DNA of 64,000 nt from Monocercomonoides exilis PA203. Its lineage: Eukaryota; Protista; Preaxostyla. Of this stretch, positions 21,711 to 34,000 are shown in pieces. The DNA is taken from positions 806,001 to 870,000 of the forward strand of contig LSRY02000007.1 in assembly GCA_001643675.2 (NCBI GenBank), read 5' to 3'. A program made the position numbers and the translations under genes. The notes beneath the pieces were generated by a model. That model searched no databases. It worked only from the letters and a program-made list of their open reading frames with translations, and was not told where the DNA came from. Positions within the stretch are counted from its first letter, which is position 1. The number at the start of each line of letters is the position of its first letter.

Positions 21711-24700
21711 ATGATGAATGGGTCGTACTAGAAAAATGTACAAACCCACCAACAGATTTCGCAAGAGCCACAAGCCGTCTTTCTAGACGAAGCCAACGTG
21801 GCATTCTTGTGTGCCTTTTTTGGGCAATATCAATCACGTGAACATGACATGCGATGTGATAATTTTTGTAATGAAGCAAAAAATTAGACTGAAAATGAGG
21901 AGAAGACAGAAATGGAAGGGACGAAGTTGAATCCATATCCGTTGCCTGTGAAACGCCACCCACAGAAGAAGAAGGCAAAACATTTATGTCCGTTGCATAA
22001 GTGTTTGCGTGTGGTGAATTTTTGTCACCTTCGTCTTGAGCCTGAGAAGTGAATGAAAGTGTAATCATAATGGAGCAATCATTTGCAGAATCGGCAAGAA
22101 AAAAACGTCTCAAAGAAGTGACTTGTAATAGAAGATCGGAAGTTGCTAAGCAAGATGGTGGCTTCAACGTTGATTGGGAAGGAGATTTGTCGGGACAGCA
22201 AAGAGGATATTGATGGTACTGAAGCAGATGCTGAGGTATTATTAAATCTGACATTTCTTGAGAAGATAGCTTTGCGAATTGGGTGGGAGTTCGAATGTGC
22301 TCGTGAAGTGTAGTTTTTTCAGGGCAACTGTCAGAAAAGGGATGAGTGGCGCGAAGGCTATCAGATAAACTGGGTGATGTGGATGATGTGTGAGCAGCTG
22401 TTGAAGATGATGAAAATACATCGTCAGCCTTCGAAGAGATATCAGAAGAATTCGAAGGCAAAGCAGAAGATTTCAGCCCGTTTATGATTTCTTCCTCCCA
22501 TTGCACGGTTGACATATCCTTCCCAGCTATTCCGTTGAATGAGGAAGAGACGGTTCCGCTATTGACAACTGCATCATATGCCTCTGCCAATTGCAAGCAC
22601 ATACACTTTGAGTGTTGAGAAGAAGCTTCAGGCTGCTCCGAACAATTTGCTTGGAAAGATCGACAAGACATGATTGTTGGATCATTGTGGAGAGAAGGAA
22701 AAGAACATTCTGATGAGAGAAAAGGATCCACAAATGCTGAATATGGCGCGGTGGTCGATGATGAAGAAGAATCAAAAGCCTTTTCAGAAAATGAATCCTT
22801 TGGCCTGTCAGGGAATTCTGTCTCAACGCAGTCACATTTACTTTCTTTCGAGTAAAGCGAAGGCAAAATAATTGAAGCAGCGTGAATGAGATCAAAGATC
22901 ACATCCATCAGCATTGCACACCCCTTTTGAATAACAGCATCAATTTTGCTTTTCTCGTCCTCAGTCGCTTTTTTTGATTCGTTCTCCAAAGAAGAATTCT
23001 GAGGCAGTCCATCATTAACCAGATTAGCTAATTGAACGAGCACTTTATCTACCATCATCTGGCTCACTGCAAGTTCTTTTAGAAAAGGAGAAACATGTTT
23101 TTCCAAAGTGGCGCGGAGCATTTCAAAGCGAAACGACAAGCCGCCGTCTGCATGAAGTGTTGTTTGAGGATCTTTGACAACAGCAGTGAAACAGTCATCG
23201 ATAGCTGTACGAAGCATAACTTCGGTAGCAACCATCACATTTGAAAGAGCATGGGCAGCAGAGAAGAGGCCAATGTTGTTGATACCCTGGAGCATCGAAA
23301 GAGAACGGATGATGTTTGAGTGGAGAAGTGCGGCAGAAGCTGAATGAAGCAGAAGCGGAAGATCCCAAGTTTCGCCTTGTGAAGATGGAGCTGCAAACTG
23401 AGGCTGAGAAGAAGAGGAAGAAGTTGAAGAAGAGGAAGAAGAGGAGGATGAAAGCGTGGATGAAGTGAATGACGGTTCTGAAGTGCGCTTTGATGTGAAA
23501 AAATCAAGTGTATTCAGAGAATCGGCATTAACTTTGGGCTTCATTTCAGTAGGAGAAGGAGAAGACACAGACATCGACTGTGGAAGAGGAGACTGCTTAT
23601 GACAAAACTCTTCATCGAGATTGCGTGTTTCATCTTTCGTGCTTTGTGAAAAGGAAGATGGCTGTGCCCGATCTTCAATCTGCGGAAAGCTGATGGAGTA
23701 GCTGCCCCAGTGAGAGGGAGATATTGGGACTCCATTTATAAACAGACGTAGGTTATTCTGAGGTGTGAAGAAAAGAGGAAGGAGAGCAGCTTTCATTGCA
23801 GAAAGGCAGCTGGGGGATAGTTCTGCATCTTCTTTAGCTGAGAATCGCTCGGCAGTTGCAAAAAAATCAACAGGGCAGAAAAGAGAACGGCAAAATGGAG
23901 GAGAAGATGAAGCATTGACAGAAGAAGAAACAGATGAATCGCTCTCCGTAAAAGAGATAGAATGTTTATCCAGTGCATTTTGAGCGGTTGTTTCAGTGCA
24001 TTTGCAATCAGTGGGAAAGCTTGCACGTTCGGTTGATGATTTGTGCAACTGATTTTGAATCCATTTCACTTTCTGTGATAAAACTTCATCTTCTTCTTTG
24101 AATTCAGAATTCAATATTTTTACTAATTTCTCTGCAACATCTCGTGGGACGCAGTATTCAGGATTTTGTAACATCCCAACATTCTGCTTCAATACTTGCA
24201 TTAATGAAAATCTACAGACTGGAAATCGCTCGTGGGTGGAAGGGTGAATCACACAAAATTCACAATGACCTACTTTTGGCTTGATTTCCAATGTAATAAC
24301 GTCATGTTGAATTTTTGTTTTCATTCGCGAAAGAATGTCATAATGCGACTTTAGGTGAAGTCTTGCAGTTGGTAATGAAACATTATCTAATACAGCGACA
24401 AATTGACAGGAAAAATCAATGTAAGATCCAAGAGGAGGCACTTCTGAAAATCCTTTTAAGCAAGCCTTCTCCACTTCCTCAAGAAAATTTATTTCTACAT
24501 GATAAAGCCTCTGAATAATAAATTTTTTATTCAACAAAATACTGAAATCAAAATTATTTGCAAACTTTAATAGGAAGCGGTAAAATTGGTGTAAAATAAG
24601 ATTCAAAAAGTTCTTCTTTTGAATTATAGTGAGATGCAGTATCAATTGAAGGAAGCTTTTTGTGAACAGACATAACTTTACCGAAAAAATCATGATCTTC

Positions 24701-24790
24701 CCCAGAAAAGGCAAAAACAACAGTGCTTCCACCTTCTCCAAAAAGAATCCAATTTTTTATATCAGTAACACTCTGAGGAAGTTCTTTCAT
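21697..24790 (-). CDS. IPK1: Inositol-pentakisphosphate 2-kinase (IPK1/IPPK), 2 exons, greatly expanded by insertions
   Basis: ATG 24790, intron 24511-24565 (GTTTGC..CAG); ordered IPK1 motifs W..FGEGG..VV, LEIKPKVG, CRF.LMQ, FCPVDFF, QNNLRLFING, FL..SANDCSIMIT, VIDIAQK. Confidence 0.85.
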
Positions 24791-25872
24791 AGTTTTGAAA
24801 AAATGAAATTCGATAATTTTTCGAAAAAGCAATTTTGAGATATCTGAAGATAATAATTTAACAAGTTCACAATACAAAAAGCAAAAAATATGTTTATTTC
24901 ATATATACGTTAGAAATATTTAAAAGAACAAGCCGTTGTTAATTTATCTTCAATTTTTTGACTCAAAAATTTTATGATGCATTGTTTGATCATTGATATC
25001 AAAAAATCGATAATTGAACAATCATTGATGAAAATAATATAAAATTTTGAAATATTTTATCATATTCTATCTGATTTTGTTAATTTAAAAATGTCTCATC
25101 AATCACTGAGTGACGAAAAATTAACACAATAAAGTATTCGAAAATGAGGTATAAATATTTTTGTTGAGCACTTCAATAATATTTAAAAAAATAAGATACT
25201 TGTGATAATGAATAAAAAAGTGCAAAAAATGTCAATATTTATTGATTTTCATCATTCATTGATTCAATATGAACATGCTAAATAAATCGCACAGCGATTA
25301 TAAGCAACTTGAATGTTTAAAACTTCGAAAAGAAAAAAGTGGGTAAAAATTAAAACAAATTGAAAATGCAGAAAAATTTATTTGCATTAATCAAAAAGGC
25401 TTCCATGTTACATGCAAGCAGGTAAAACTATTCCTGCTTATTTCACATGATAAAATCCGTTAACAAAAACAAACAAACATTAAAAAAACAAGAAGAAATA
25501 ATAATTAAGCGATAAAGTTCACCTTTTGCTAAATAAATACTGTGAAGCAAGAATGAAGCTTCACCAAAACGTACTTTCCAGATGATAAACATTCGATAAA
25601 AGAGACGAGAAGCATATGTTCCAAACATGCACACACACAGGAGCTTTTAAATGGTGTGACTTGAAATGGCGTGATGTGTATAGGTGGGATGTATGTGGAC
25701 GAGCCAATGTGAATAAATCAAGACAACGGAATGCGTTACTCAAATGAAAAGTATACATAAATTAAGAGAAAGCGCTTTGATTACTGATTCGTAAACCTCG
25801 CCCAGACGCAATTATTTATGCATACAAAATGCAAATGCCATTCATTCATTCATTTTTTTTTTCTCATTTGAT

Positions 25873-28800
25873 TTAAAACACTACAATTGTCTTCTTTGTA
25901 TCCTCACTGACTTTTCCAATGTTAAACCAATTTCCATGTGCCGCACTCAAAAACAGACTGTCAAGCGCTTCCAACAATCCGTTTTCTTCGCAGATTTCAA
26001 CAATTTGTGTTTTCACTTCGATCTTCGAAGAAGAATCAAATTGCAATTTCGCTTCATCAGCCATCGCATGTTCCCCAGCTAAATACGAGCTCATCACATC
26101 GGCATTTTTGTTGTCAATCGCTTTGTATGTCACCGTCATCAAACATTTGAACCAGTAAACAATGTCCTCCTTAACCAGTGTGCTTGTGGTCTGCACAGCC
26201 GAAGCAACAAGCGGGGTAACATCTCTCAATTCGCTGTACATTAAGGGAAAACGGCGATGGCGGCGGAGCACCTGGACAACCGTCCTCTGGGCGTTCTCCT
26301 TCGGCTTGTCAGCCCACTCGAACGGGGCAGAGAGAATCATATTGAGATCGGAAAGGATGCCATGCTCTTGAAGGAAGCCAAAAATAGGGGTCTCTGTTAT
26401 GAGCAGCGCAGATATGACATCACAAAAACAGCACATCGCCAGCTGGGTCTTCGCATCGCCAAATGTGATGCTCTTCCACAGGCATTCAAAGGCATTGTGA
26501 AGAAGAGCATAGGGCTTCAGCTCAACAAGGGCAGAACGGAAGCCTGTGGAGTTGAGAGCCAGATTCCTTGTGAAAAAGAAGATTTGAGGGAGAATCGATG
26601 CAGGAGCAGATCTATGATAAAGAAATATTCAAAAAGAAAAGAACGTAATAGAAAGAAAAATTAAATTGAAGGATGAGTCAAATAAATATTTTTATCAAAT
26701 TATCGAAAAACAATGAACATCACAAGCAAAATTCAAAAAAAAAAGTTTTGAATGTGTAAATTAAAATATGCCAATAAGTATTTTTATTGATAATTCAACA
26801 TATTTCTTTTCAAAATGAAAAAAAACAAATAATTAATGCTTTTCTTATCATTTCTATCTGAGATTGTATTAAAAGGATGCATCCACATACTGAATAATAT
26901 ACGAAAGATATTCCGCAATGTCATCTTGAGATAATGGAAGATTTTGACCTTTTGAATATGCGCCATTATTTATTGCACATTAGGAATAAATCGAAAAATA
27001 AATCACAAGTTATTGAATGATCTATCAAAACAAAACTCAAACAAAAACATACAATTCTCCTTTGCCTCTGTCAGATAAGCTAGTGCTTCCATGACAGTTC
27101 CCAGCACATTGTCGTCTGCGCTGTTGAGTGCGTTCCACAGAAACAACACCATCGGCCTCAGATTCTCTCCAATCACTTCTCCTTTCATCAGCCCGCTCAC
27201 AATTCGTGCACAGTGCAGCTTCAGCGTCCGATCATCGGTGCTAAAGCCGTTGAACTTCTCTATCAAAATCGTAATAATCTCGTTCGTGACTGCATTCTTG
27301 CGAACAGGATTGCGCTCGCCAGCTTGCACCGACTGCGAAAACCCATTCACAATGGTCCACAGCCGCGACATCTTCACAAAGAGCCTGTATTCGTCGTTAA
27401 TCGACTGAATCTCCGACGCCAACGTGTTCAGATCCTCCTCTTCAGGTGTCCTGCTCTCGTCCTTCGATCCTTTGGATGCCCAATATCTTCTGTCACTTGA
27501 CGGGATCTCCCACCCGTCAAACGTCGAAAACTCCCACAGCGCATCCACCTGCAGCTCTGTGCGCCGCGGCACCAGCGGGATGGTCAGCATCACCTCTTCT
27601 TTGAATGCAGCGAGGCTGCTGCTTGACACAGGCGAAGGAAGCTGCGATTCTGTAGAAGAGGCAGAGGCAGAAGCAGAATCCGAAGTAGAAGCTGAGGCAG
27701 ATGCGGATTCGGATGCGGATGCAGAAGCAGATGCAGCAGCAGCAGCAGAAGCAGCCAGTTTTGCTGCCTCGATTGCATCCTTTTCGATCTCGCGCATCTC
27801 CTCCAGAATGTGAAATTCCGGCGGAATTGGAAGCTGAATGCCGTGGGAGGCTTGTGTGCTGCCCTTGGAAGAGCTGCCATTTTGCTCATTGCGACTCTTC
27901 TGCCGGCGCGAATGAGACAACAAAAACGATGTTCGGGAATGTGGAGATGAGCTTGTCATTGTTTTAGGCGTCATCACAGAAGACTTTGGAGTGGATGAAG
28001 TGGATTTTGGAGTGGAAGAAGTGATTTTTGGTGTGCTGACAGCTTTAGCTGATTTCGCAGCTGAAGAGCGATTTTTTTGAATAAGTTTTGGACGTAGCTT
28101 CTTTTTCAGTTTTGGAGTGTGATGTTTGTGCGGAGCTGCGCCAACCGAAAAGCCATCTGGCTCTGGTTTAATATTGACGCTCTGCTCCTGGACATTCTTG
28201 CGACTGCTCTTTTCGTTCCGTTTTTCAACTGGGCTCTCATTCTCGTTCTCGTTCTCGTTCTCATTCTCATTCTCTTCATCGTCGCCGTCTTCTTCTTCAG
28301 CATCTTCATAACGGTATTCACTTTCCCCATTTCCTCCTTCTTCCAAATTGCCATCATCGTTAAATCCGAAAAAGAATGAAGTGTTCTTGCTGCTCGAATC
28401 TTCTTCGCTCTCGCAATATTCCTGCCCTTCGTTCATCCATTGACTCTGAATATAGCTGTGAGAACCCTGAAGTGAGAAAGAATGAGGCGACATTTGGGAA
28501 GGAAGGTATATCGGTGCTGAGTCCATCGAGAAATACAAGTTTTCGGGTGAAGGCGGCGAGCTATCAGGAGGAGATGCACAGAGAGGAGTGAACAAGTTCT
28601 GCATGTCTGGTTGAAGTGAGGCAGAAAACAGAGAACTTTGATTGGAGCTGCTTTGGGTTTCGCTGTGAAGTGTTTGCGGATCAGCAACCGCAGATGCAGA
28701 CAAGCCATTGCTTTCTGCGTACAGAGGTTGCTTCGATGAAGTGTATGCGAGGGAGCTCAGCTCAGGTGCGATCAATGGAATCAGCGCAGGCGCAAAAGCG

Positions 28801-30575
28801 AGGTCTGTTGAAAGCTCCGATGAGTCTGCAGAATTTGTGTTTGGATGCGCTTCTGCAGATGATGATGATGATGTTGTTGATGGTGTTGTTGAATTGCTTG
28901 CTTGTAACTTTGCTTTGATAGGATAAAAAACAATGTTTGAATCAGAATTTTCATTGGGCCTGTATGAAACATCATCAACATCCGAAATCTGATCTAAGAA
29001 AGAGTCCAAAACAGCAGTTGGATCATCTTCTCTATTTCTGTCATTATCATCATCACTTATATTGCTGTCATCATCTTTTCCTTCTCCTTTTCCTTCTTCA
29101 TTCTCAACTCTTCTGTCATATTTTTCCATCACATTTTTTATCCTCTTGCCATCATGAGAGGATATTTGTCCAATCTTTATCATCTTCTCTGCTCTAAAAG
29201 AAACATCTTCATCTTCAAATTCGTCTTCTTCCCCAGAATCTTCATCAGTCAACCGAATCTTTCGCATTTTCATCAGCTTCTTTCTCGAATGCTTTTCCAA
29301 TATCAACGAGCTTTGTGACACAGAGTCCGCATTTTCATCAGAAAACGAAGATGAAGAAGCCGCACTTTCGTCATTTGCTTCATCATTTTTGCTTTTGACT
29401 TTGCAAAAACGCCCGTTCAAACTGCGGATACGCTCTTTATTCTCATATCTCTTGCTAAACTCTTCTCCTCTCAACTTTATTGTGACAACATTTTCATTCT
29501 TATCTTCTGATTTTTTACTTTTAATGACATCACTTTGCGCTGAAGGCTCCGATTGACTGGATGAATTCTTGCTTATATGGTTTTTTACTAACATCTGTGG
29601 TTCTATGAAGAAAGAATTATAAATTTTTAAAAAACATTTGTTCAAAAAAAATTCGAAAAGAAGAAATTAGTATTTTTTTAACTCAGAAAAAAGGATTCAA
29701 ATTAGAAGCAAACGTATTCCAAGTCCGTGCTGAATTACCAACAGTTTCAATCTTGCTGCCGCCTGCTCTTGTCTCTCATCCATAAATTCAGCCAAGGAAT
29801 CCAGAATCATCCAAATAACTTCACTTATGACTGTTGGAAAAATCATCTGCGACTTTTGTGAGCTTTTACCCAGGTTTTCAATGATTGCTTTGTATCGTAT
29901 TTCCAAACGATCAATTATACCAGATGACAATAAGTGCCTCTTCAAGTTGCCAGATTGTGGCTTGCAAATAAGTGTCCTAATAATTTGTTTCAAATACAAA
30001 AAAAAAAAAATCGATTTATTTAAATAAATAAAACGAATAAATGAAGAAATTTTATAAACATACCAGATGCCTCGAAGTGAAAGATATTGCAAAGGCAATG
30101 AATTTGTCTTTTTATGAATTAATTGCATAATAAAAAAACTGAACAACACAAAAAGCAAACATTCAAAAGTGAAAAAAATGTTGTGACTGTATTTAATTGA
30201 ATAAATGCTTCGTGATTTGGAGTTTTTAAGTAACATAGTAGAAAAAGAGCAAATTGGCTCAAAATCTTAAAAAGAATAAAGTTTGATGATCAATGAAAAA
30301 AATGAATACAAACTTGAAAGAGATTATCCGAATTTGTTGTCAGAAACCAAACTAAAATCTCCGCAAGTCTCAAAGAATTTGAGAGACCATCTTTTTTCTT
30401 TTGATGAACCTCTGCATAATATATATTATTTTTGTTTTATTCTCTTGAATAAAAACAAAATCATTAACAAACCATTTAATAACTCAGATAACACATATTC
30501 GAGCGATTTTATGGATTGCTCAACACTGAAAAACGGATTTAGAGAGTTGCACAACTCTTCATTCTTTTTATACAT
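25873..30575 (-). CDS. Lineage-specific multi-exon protein: helical/ARM-like ends with a central ~700-aa low-complexity (Ser/acidic/basic) insert
   Basis: Large exon ~27050-29600 plus small GTTTG/GTATG-bounded exons at 30.5, 30.35, 30.2, 30.1 and 29.8 kb, and a terminal exon ~25873-26571; start position uncertain. Confidence 0.6.
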
Positions 30576-31043
30576 AAATTTCGTTGAATCCAGAAGTCAT
30601 CATGAAATCAGTACATTTGTTTTTCATAAATAAAAGCAATGATCATAGTTTTATGAATTTTAAATGTAAATGAAAAATATTAAATCAAAGATAATTAAAA
30701 AATATAAAACATTTTTGAATCTAAAAGAAGGACTTTCATCCTGCAAGTTTTGCATCAAAATAATCTTTCAATCTCTCTTCAATAATGCTTGCACTTGCTG
30801 ATGCTAACAAAGTCCACTTTTGAGTTGTTAGCAACTAATTTTGCAATCCAAAATTATTGATCGTTTTGCTACCGTAATTTGTTAATATTTTTTCTTTAGA
30901 TTTCCTTTTTCTTGGCCATTATCGAGTATTTCACTTTATAACATCTGTTGCACATTGTAAAACAAAAGTGTTAAATAAAAATTATCAGAATATTTGATAT
31001 TATTTTGTACAATATTGAATTTTCTCAGACTATCATTAAAGAC

Positions 31044-34000
31044 ATGACCGATGAGCCTCACTTCGACTTTTACGAAACAGTTCATCGATTTTGCGAGCGC
31101 ATGAAGAAGGCTCCCATATCTACACAGGATATTTTGAATCAATTGAGAGTTATCACATCTTTTTTGCAGACTTCTCCACCTCCAAATTTTTATTCAAACG
31201 ACATATGCCAAATGTTAGCATCATTTTTTATGCACTCCTTTAATTTTCTAAACTTGACGAATCGACTCTACTTCTGATTTTTTAAATAGACTTCGATTTT
31301 ACGTATTTATCGGGGATAGAATCATCAAAACAAATATTCTCAGAATCATTTTAAAATATTCAAATTTTAGAAGAATGGTTGAGCGTTTTTTTGAGCTTTC
31401 GATAGATGTTGCCGTTGCAAAGTTTGCTTTTTTCCCTATTCCTTTATGATTTTTATTCACATTTTCTGAAGTGTAATCATAACTGAAGAACCTCAACAAC
31501 ATGACCACATGATTGCATTAGATATCATATCTACTTGGTTGCGAAGTCATCAAAAGGTTTCATTTTTATCAAGGTTTTAAAATGTCAATGCGCTTTTTTA
31601 TTTTATTCACAAAGATTTCACGTGTCATTGCTCAAGCAGTTTGCTCAGTTCTCGAAAACTCTTCACCTACAACCATCGGAAAATGCCACGAATTTTACAA
31701 AGATCTATGTGTGATTAGTTGTTTTTTTTTCACAATTATTTTCTAACTTCAATACTTTTGAAAACAAATTTCTTTAATGACAGGTTATTTGTCACCGAAA
31801 ACCATTCACTCTGTTGGTTCCTTTCACATTCTGATGACTTTAATTCTGTCAGCTGACCAGCCGTACTCCCTCAGCTTTGTAAAAGTGCTTGCTTTTCTCC
31901 TGCGAGACGAGAAGAAGAGATGGATGATATCGCGAGAGCTTCTCCAGCGCCTGTTTTCTCCCTTCTCAATGTATGCATTTGGCCCATTTCCCTTCTGCTC
32001 CGCAGTTGTGGAGCACACCCGCATTACCGAAGACAAGAAACGCTCCAACGTCCTCAACGCTGTCTCGGGGCTCATCTCCTCCACAGTCACTCTTTCCGCC
32101 CAGCAGCCCCACCCGCAGCTTGTCCAGTCGCCTTCTCCAGGCAGCGACGGGCGCATCTCCCGCTCCTCTCGCCAGCAGTCGGGAAGCAACCGCACAGAGC
32201 AGGACATCATGCAGGTGTCTGTCGTGCCGGCTGGGATGTGCGCACAAGGAACAACTGCCCAGACACCAAACACACGCGATGCAGCAGTGGGGATGACACG
32301 CAGAGACAAAGGAGATGGCGTGAATGTCAATGTCAATGTGAATGTTGGAGTGGGTGTGGGCGTTGGCGTCGCAAGAGAGAGAGACGCCAATGTCGGAGTT
32401 GGTGCAGGTGGTGTTGGTGGAGGAGGAGGGATTCCAGGGCGCAGAGAAGGAGAAGCGTCTGGACTGAATGCGAGCCAGATTCCTCCATCAACAGCAGCAG
32501 CTATGGCAAACCAGCCTGTTGCATACCAGCCGTATGGCTATCCGATGGTTGCTCACACATCTTCTGGCGCAGCGATGGTTGCCTCAAACGATGCTGCATT
32601 AGGAAGCAACGAGAAGGAAAGAGGTGCTGTGGGAGTTGGCAAAGGCATGCCTACTGGAGGCAATGGAATAGGTGTCGGGATAGGACCGATGGGGGTTGGA
32701 GCTAACTGTGCTGGAGGAGCCGGCGGAGGAGCTGCTGGAAGAGGAGCAGCAGGTGATGCATCAGCAGCACTAGGAGTAGGAGGGAGAGGAGGTGTTGGAG
32801 CGGCAATGGGAACAGGGACGGGGAGGCTGGGCACGCCCGCATCAGGTGCCATGCAGCAGATGTCAACGCAGCGTTCTCCTCAGCAGATGCAACAGATGCA
32901 ACAAATGCAACAAATGCAGCAGATGCAAGGGAGGAACGGGCAGCCACAGGGCCAACAGGGAGCACCGCTCAATCAGCAAGGGATAATGCACACATCACTG
33001 GCATCAACACCCACTTCTCACACAGCTTCGCTCGACTCACAGTCGGTCGCCCGCCCTGCCGCACACCACCGCCTGCCTGTGCTGAGCGAAGAGGAGCAGC
33101 AGCAGCTCCCGCTGTTCGCCCTGTGGATCAAACAGATCCGCAACTCAACCACAGCCATTGTGTATCTCCTGCGCTCGTTCCCGTCGATGGTTGTGCTTCA
33201 TTCCCATCCGTTCCTCTTTCCTTCCCTCTTCTACGTGCTGCGGTATTCGCACCCAAGCTGCGGCATCGTGAGGGAGTTTGTGTTCCACTTGCTGTTTCGT
33301 GTGCTGCAGATACCCGACTGGTTCGTACAGAACTGTCTCTCCACACTCGCTGACCCTCCTCCCTTTGTGCTCCGCATGCAGAACATAACTGCCCTCTGCG
33401 ATCCGCTCTTTGACGAGTCCCAGCTCCCTTCGGCTGCTCTCACACCAGCCAGCATCAGCCGCATCTCGCCTTCGTCTGTTCTGTCACTTCCTGCTCCTCA
33501 TTCTCCATCTTCTGGCTCTTCTTCTTCTTCATCGTCTTCTTCTACATTGTCTTCTGCATCATCTTCTTCGACTTCATCAACGGCTTCTTTGTCGTCTTCT
33601 TCTTTGGCTGGCTCTTATCCCTTTTGTGCATCCCTCATTGGCTACACAGACTTAGAAGCACGCCTTGCACAAACAGCTGCTTCTCAACAGTCATCTTCTT
33701 CTTCTTCCTCTTCCTCTTCCTCTTCCTCTTCCTCTTCTTCTTCCTCTCAGCAATCTTCTCTTTCTCAGTCCCCCACCTTTGGCAAGCCCTCTCTCTACAA
33801 CATCCTCTCCACATCGCACTCTCCTTTCGTTCCCGACTACTCCACTCAGAACCCGTTTGCCCTCTTTTGCCCGTCTGCTTTCCACGCGCCGTCGATTTCT
33901 GCGATGTGCAATGCGTTTTATGTGCATCAGCTGAACACAGCTCACTCCATCAGCACACAACACACACAACTTCTGTCTCTCTTCCATTCGCTTTCTCTTT

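Noticed and set aside
30720-30930. Coding-like patch between the divergent ARM-like and Rictor genes
   Set aside because: Could be an extra 5' exon of the minus-strand gene, but no consistent ATG or splice path could be built.
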